This document shows, one piece after another, positions 56,464 through 61,944 of a stretch of 61,944 bases of DNA. This stretch comes from Octopus bimaculoides (lineage: Eukaryota). How positions within the stretch are numbered: the stretch's first letter is position 1; every line of letters starts with the position of its first letter. The DNA is taken from positions 54,858,997 through 54,920,940 of the forward strand of contig NC_068990.1 in the NCBI RefSeq assembly GCF_001194135.2, written 5' to 3'. Below the pieces are notes generated by a model. It worked only from the letters and a program-made list of their open reading frames with translations, did no database searches and was not told the DNA's origin. The position numbers and the translations under genes were made by a program.

Positions 56464-59285
56464 TTTTAATCTTTCTCCAGTTACTTCACAAAATTCTATC
56501 CACAGATATTTACACACCTCTACCACAAGACTGTTGAGCATTCTTGTGTTTTTGTACAAATATGTAAAGGGACATGCTGTGTGTAAATGGATCGGTCTCT
56601 GATTTTGATGAAAAGCATTCTAGTTGTTCAAACAGAACCACTGAATCATTGAATTATAAAGTGGTTGAGTATTCCATGCACATTTGTATTGTTTAACACA
56701 TTTTAGACAGAACCAGCAGGAGGGTACAAATGATCAATCAAGAAGTCAGTGGTTTGTATCAGATCACTGGAGCAATAATGTTCCTGGCTTGTTCCATCTG
56801 ATTGTAAATAATTTGCCATCCTGTGATTTGAGGGAATAAGAACGGCTTGGTAAATAGAGGCAAAAAAAAGGAAAACCAAAATGCTGATCTCAGCATAATA
56901 AGAGCTCTGGCCTGCTCACTAATCTGATACCCTGGCAAGGATTTTTAAAGATTCTTTCAAATTTCACCTCAAAAGAGTCTTACTAATTCTGTATCATCCA
57001 GGGACATCAGATTAATCAGTAGACCAGTGCTCTTATTATGCTGAATTCAGCATTTTAATTTTTTTTCCCTCCAAATTCTGAGTACTGTAAGTAGTTACAA
57101 CTCTGTAAACATGTTTTATTAGCATGTGGTACCAAATTCATATCTTCCCGATAGGAAATTTTATGCTATAGGTCAACACTCTATCCCTACTTCTTGATAC
57201 AAAAAAATCCTGATTTAGTGGATTCTGAAAGTCTGTAAAAGGTGCATGTACTCACGCACACAAAATACAGAGTTTCTTATTAATTGTGAGGATGATTGGG
57301 GAAAAGAAGATATAAGCAGCTGACTCCAACCAGCAAAGTACTGGTGTTTATTTTATGAGTTTGTGATTGATAAAATGAAAAAAAAAGCCACATTTCCAGT
57401 GACTTGAACTTGAAAAAAGAAAATTCTAACTAAAATTGTAATTTGAACTCAAGACAAAATAAAAAAAAAAAAAACACATACATACACAAACTAATTTGTT
57501 TGAATGAAAATTTGAATTTGGATAAATTAATTTATTTTAAATTGTATTTGGATAAATAAAAACTTCAGTATATATTGAAATTTTTGATTTGTGTTTGCAT
57601 TTCAGTCTTTAGACTTTTTATTTTCAATTATCTCAGATTTCAGTTTATGTAAATACTAGTATACCTGTGTCATCAAAAGTGGCAGAATTTTAAAAGAGAT
57701 TAATCAAAAGTTCTATAATAAGAATAATTTAATTTATATTTAACACTTTAGCATTTAAACCAACCATATCCAGCAAAAATATTCTACCTGTTTTATGTTC
57801 AAATCAGCCAGATCTGGCTTTTCATACCTACCTTACAATGTCGTTCTAAGAAGAAACGATCACATCATTGAAATCTTGAAGCTACAAGATAATGCATTAT
57901 TAATTCAAAACAATGTGAATAAATAAACATTACCTTTGACGGAATAATATAAATGCTAAAGGATTAAATATCTTGAAAGATTGGATCCGAGGAGAATTAA
58001 ATACGAGACAAGATTTCTCCAATTATTACTGTATTAAATTACTTGTAAGCCTGTGCCATCAAAAATTAGTGATTCACACATCTATTAAGTAAAATGTTGG
58101 ACTTATGGAAGGAATGTCAAAAAAAGCCTGTGGAGTTTATTATCCACAGTTAAGTTACTTTGGTTCATATTTAAGTATCACTGCCAAAATGCCTTGAAAA
58201 TTTTCATCCTTAAAAGGAGTTAAATTTGTATTGGCTTTGTTTTATTTCTATCACTGAATTACATGATAAAAACTGTTAACAGAAAATATGAATGATTTAA
58301 AAAAGACAAAAAATAATTTTTTTAAAAAATAAACATTTCCAGTATGAGACATTTCTATTTTTGATAATTCAGTATTCAGTATGTTCCTAAATATGTATGC
58401 CTGTGTTAATGTGTAACAATTCTTGAAAAGTGGATAGTGAAAAATACATGTATTTATATATATAAATACACACACACCATGCCAGCATGGAAAATAGACG
58501 TTAAATGATGGTGATGATGATGGGGATAAAGAGTTCCTGAAGAAGTCACAGGATATGTGATGAAAGAGCTTTGACAAAGAAACTAAAATAATAGTAATAA
58601 TAATAAAGCTGAAGTGAAGATTAAATTGTGCATGTGTTTAATTGGCAAAATATTACATAATGTGATAAAGTATATCAATATTTGTTTCAACACATGATTT
58701 CACACCTTGCAAAACTAATATATATGTATACATATATACTATTTAACATCTCTCCATGCTTGTATAGGTCAAACAGAATTTGTTGAGGTGTATTTTCTAT
58801 GGCTGAATGCTGTTTCTGTTTCTAAGCAAGGTAATATTTCCCATGGCCAGTCATGATTTCAGCAGACGTCTACACACATGCTTTTGTATCATCATCATTT
58901 AACGTACGTTTTCCGTGCTGGCATGGGTTGGGTAGTTTGACAGAAACTGACCAGCTGAAGGGCTGTTCAGGCTCCATGTCTATTGTGGCATGGTTTCTGC
59001 AGCTGGATGCCTTTCCTAATGCCAACCACTTTACAGAGTGTACTAGGTGTTTTTACATAACACTGGTACAAGCACTTTTTATGTGGCACCAGCACTGTGT
59101 GTGTGTGTGTGCATGTATATATNNNNNNNNNNNNNNNNNNNNNNNNNNNNNNNNNNNNNNNNNNNNNNNNNNNNNNNNNNNNNNNNNNNNNNNNNNNNNN
59201 NNNNNNNNNNNNNNNNNNNNNNNNNNNNNNNNNNNNNNNNNNNNNNNNNNNNNNNNNNNNNNNNNNNNNNNNNNNNNNNNNNNNA

Positions 59286-60082
59286 GTTCAGAGAGCTCTT
59301 ACTTCTGCTGGTGACAAAGGGCCTCTCACTCAGAGTAAAAGGCAGACTGTATGATGCATGTGTATGAACAGCCATGCTACATGGCAGTGAAACATGGGCC
59401 ATGACTGCTGAGGACATGCATAAGCTTGCAAGGAATGAAGCCAGTATGCTCCGATGGATCTGTAATGTCCATGTGCATACTCGACAGAGTGTAAGTACTT
59501 TGAGAGAAAAGTTGGACCTAAGAAACATCAGTTGTGGTGTGCAAGAGAGACGATTGCGCTGGTATGGTCATGTGGCGAGAATGGATGAGGATAGTTGTGT
59601 GAAAAAGTGCCACACCCTAGCGGAGGGAACTTGTGGAAAAGGTAGACCCAGGAAGACCTGTGATGAGGTGGTGAAGCACAACCTTCAAACATTGGGCCTC
59701 ACCGAAGCAATGACTTGTGACCGAGACCTTTGGAAATATGCTGTGAGTGAGAAGACCCAGCAAGACAAGTGAGACCATAATCCGAGGCCTCTGCCAGGGG
59801 TATAGCCAGCCCACTTATGCATACCTTTCCTTCATTGGACACTAAACTCTGTTTGTGAAGACCTGTTGAGGCAAGTGAAATCGAACTAAATTCGACGACT
59901 GGCACCCGTGCCAACGTTGTCTCCTTCATTGGACACTAAACTCGGCTTGCGAAGACCTGTTGGGGCAAGTGAAATCGAAATCGTGATTGAACCAAATTCG
60001 ATGACTGGCACCTGTGCCACTGGAGCACTAGGAGCACCATCAGTCAAATCGTCCAACCCATGCTAGCATGGAAGGTGGACGT
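59286..60082 (+). mobile_element. RTE LINE 3' end with a duplicated 3'UTR segment
   Basis: MLHGSETWAMTAEDMHKLARNEASMLRWICNV...LRWYGHVARM...GKGRPRKT; stop at 59770-59772. Confidence 0.92.
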
Positions 60083-60246
60083 GGTGTAGGTAAATACTCG
60101 ATAAGATGTACCCAGCATAAGCTATGGGCACATAAGAGGTGCAGCAATATCAGAGGAAGGTTAACAGGCACAAATGGAAATTGCAAAGCAAGCTTAGAAT
60201 TTCAGAGGTCTACTTGCAATGCAAGTGAATCAATTGGAGACACTGT

Positions 60247-60506
60247 GATTGCAGCATAGAAGACACACCAGCTATTCAAAAACACACAAAGACTGTTAAC
60301 TTAACTTAAACATTTATTATTTGGTGACAAATTTTTTGTTGCCCAGCGACCTGATCACTGACAAGATAACACTGCATCTCAAGGTTGACCAGCTCACAGT
60401 TTGTGCAATGAACATCTTGACACCAAATAACAAATGATAATTGTTTAAGTAAATTTAACAATCTTTGTGTTTTTGAATGGTTAATATGTATGTTCTATAC
60501 TGCATC
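60247..60506. mobile_element. Foldback/MITE with imperfect inverted arms of about 85 bp
   Basis: 60247-60330 versus reverse complement of 60417-60506. Confidence 0.7.
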
Positions 60507-60779
60507 TTGTAGAATGCTTCATGTTTGGAAGAAACAATGGTTGAGTTGGTGCAAACTTGAAAGTTGACAGGGTGCTAATGAAGTTTCTCGTTGCTGAGGG
60601 GAGCAACCCCTCCCTAAGTTGGGTCCATGAAAAGTAAACAAAAAGAGGACAAACAAATTGCCTTATCTAATAAAATTAAGATGATTTTAAACATAGCACG
60701 CTTGATGTAGTAGATCAAGAAAATTTAAATTCAAATTGATATAGAATACAGTGGGTAGTGAGCTTGATATTTAGCAGAA

Positions 60780-60830
60780 CAATGACAACTCTGGACACAT
60801 TTCAGTATTATTAGACCTATCAGCAAAACA
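60780..60830 (+). mobile_element. Possible L2/CR1 RT remnant
   Basis: DNSGHISVLLDLSA resembles D.G..S.L.LLDLSAAFD; very short. Confidence 0.35.
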
Positions 60831-61614
60831 GTGTAACTGTTACTGAAAGATCTTATGACAAGAGAGGTACAGGTTTTTGTGAATGAATATTAAATGGTGT
60901 AATAACTTAAAAGACTGACCAGAAATGTATGTTGCATGGAAAATTAATAGCAAAATGGAGGCTTGCATACTTGATATTCTAAGCCAAACAATATTTTAGG
61001 GGTTTTTCTTCTGTCTATTTAATCAGAACTAGTCATTTAGATAATTAATCCTAATTAATTGAAATTTTTTTGCTTACTACATCAAGTATAAGATCTGCTT
61101 TACTATTAGGCTTTCATACAACAGACATCCCTGAGAACTTTACCAAGTCATTCTATTAGAAAAATGTCTCCTAAGCATTTACATTAGAAACATGTCTTCT
61201 TCTTTCTTCAATAACTAGCAAAGAATCCATGAAAAATAATGGGTTTTATTCCTAACATATTTCAGCAACTCTTAATGCTTCTGCTTCAAGCCTTGCTCCA
61301 TTTTCTTCTTGTGTTTCATTTGGTCTTCTTTCAGTTATTTTTTACCTCCATTTATCATCTTTCCTTTTCCTTATTTCTTCTCTTTGTCTCTATATATCTT
61401 GCATTTCCCTCTTTTTCTCTCAATCAATGTTTCCAACAAAGGCACAATACTCCAGATTGAATGGGAAAGGTACAATGTATCATATCAAGCCTAATACTTG
61501 AATCATTCCTGACCATGCACATCATCAATCACATCAATAAGCAGATGGATAGGGACCATGGAAGGAGAAAAATCAATATTAATTTTTGCAAGATTTGAAC
61601 TCAGAACAAATATG

Positions 61615-61944
61615 GACCGTCTGCTTCTTTCTCTTTGCTACTAATCGCTCTCGATCGCTCGCCGGCTTCCTTCTCGGCCGTCGATTCCTTCTCGACCTGC
61701 TGCTGCTGTTACTTCTCGTCCGCGCGTCTCGAGCCTCTCCTGGTGTGCGTAACACACGGACACACACACTCGCGGTCGGTATCGCCGTTGAGACAACCGC
61801 GCTTTCGATCGCACCTGCGGTTCGTCGGCGGAACTCCGCTGCCCGACCGTCTTTCCGCCACCTAGGCGTCGCTCTGAATTCGGCCGCTCCGATCGACTCT
61901 GCGGGTACGCGGCGGCGACCGGTGGGGCGACCGCCAGCCTTTCC
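61615..61944. promoter_or_regulatory. CpG-rich island, probably the promoter/5'UTR of a neighbouring gene; runs off the window
   Basis: About 65% GC (40/60 in line 61801) with very many CpGs, against an AT-rich background. Confidence 0.55.

Noticed and set aside
61579-61944. Arg/Ser-rich minus-strand ORF as a real CDS
   Set aside because: Long open frames are expected at this GC content, no domain is recognisable, and its 3' end runs into a SINE remnant.

Overview
Eukaryotic (metazoan) genomic DNA. It is AT-rich, dense in microsatellites and SINEs, and has N-gaps. The repeat landscape suggests an octopus/coleoid cephalopod (inference, not proven). The main feature is the 3' part of a + strand cation-independent mannose-6-phosphate receptor gene (IGF2R/CI-MPR/MPR300 homologue). 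I assembled 19 coding exons by hand between 4571 and 47490, all with GT-AG introns and compatible phases (2619 nt, 872 aa plus stop). They encode the end of MRH domain 10, domains 11-15 (vertebrate numbering, counted back from the membrane), the TM helix and a 61-aa tail ending DDSDEDMIL*. The 5' exons lie upstream of the window. Most interesting: the domain in the position of the mammalian IGF-II-binding domain 11 carries a complete Man-6-P lectin signature (Q, H, R, E, Y). Domain 13 lacks the vertebrate fibronectin type II insert, and a phase-1 intron sits at the insertion point. Introns and the downstream region hold RTE, CR1/L2 and CRE-like LINE fragments, at least four tRNA-SINE families, mariner/Tc1 relics (one full length with TIRs and TA TSDs), TTAA piggyBac-type MITEs, several foldback elements and a solo-LTR-like insert with three NRF1-like palindromes. 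The window ends in a CpG-rich island. Comparisons to human IGF2R are from memory and should be confirmed by alignment.
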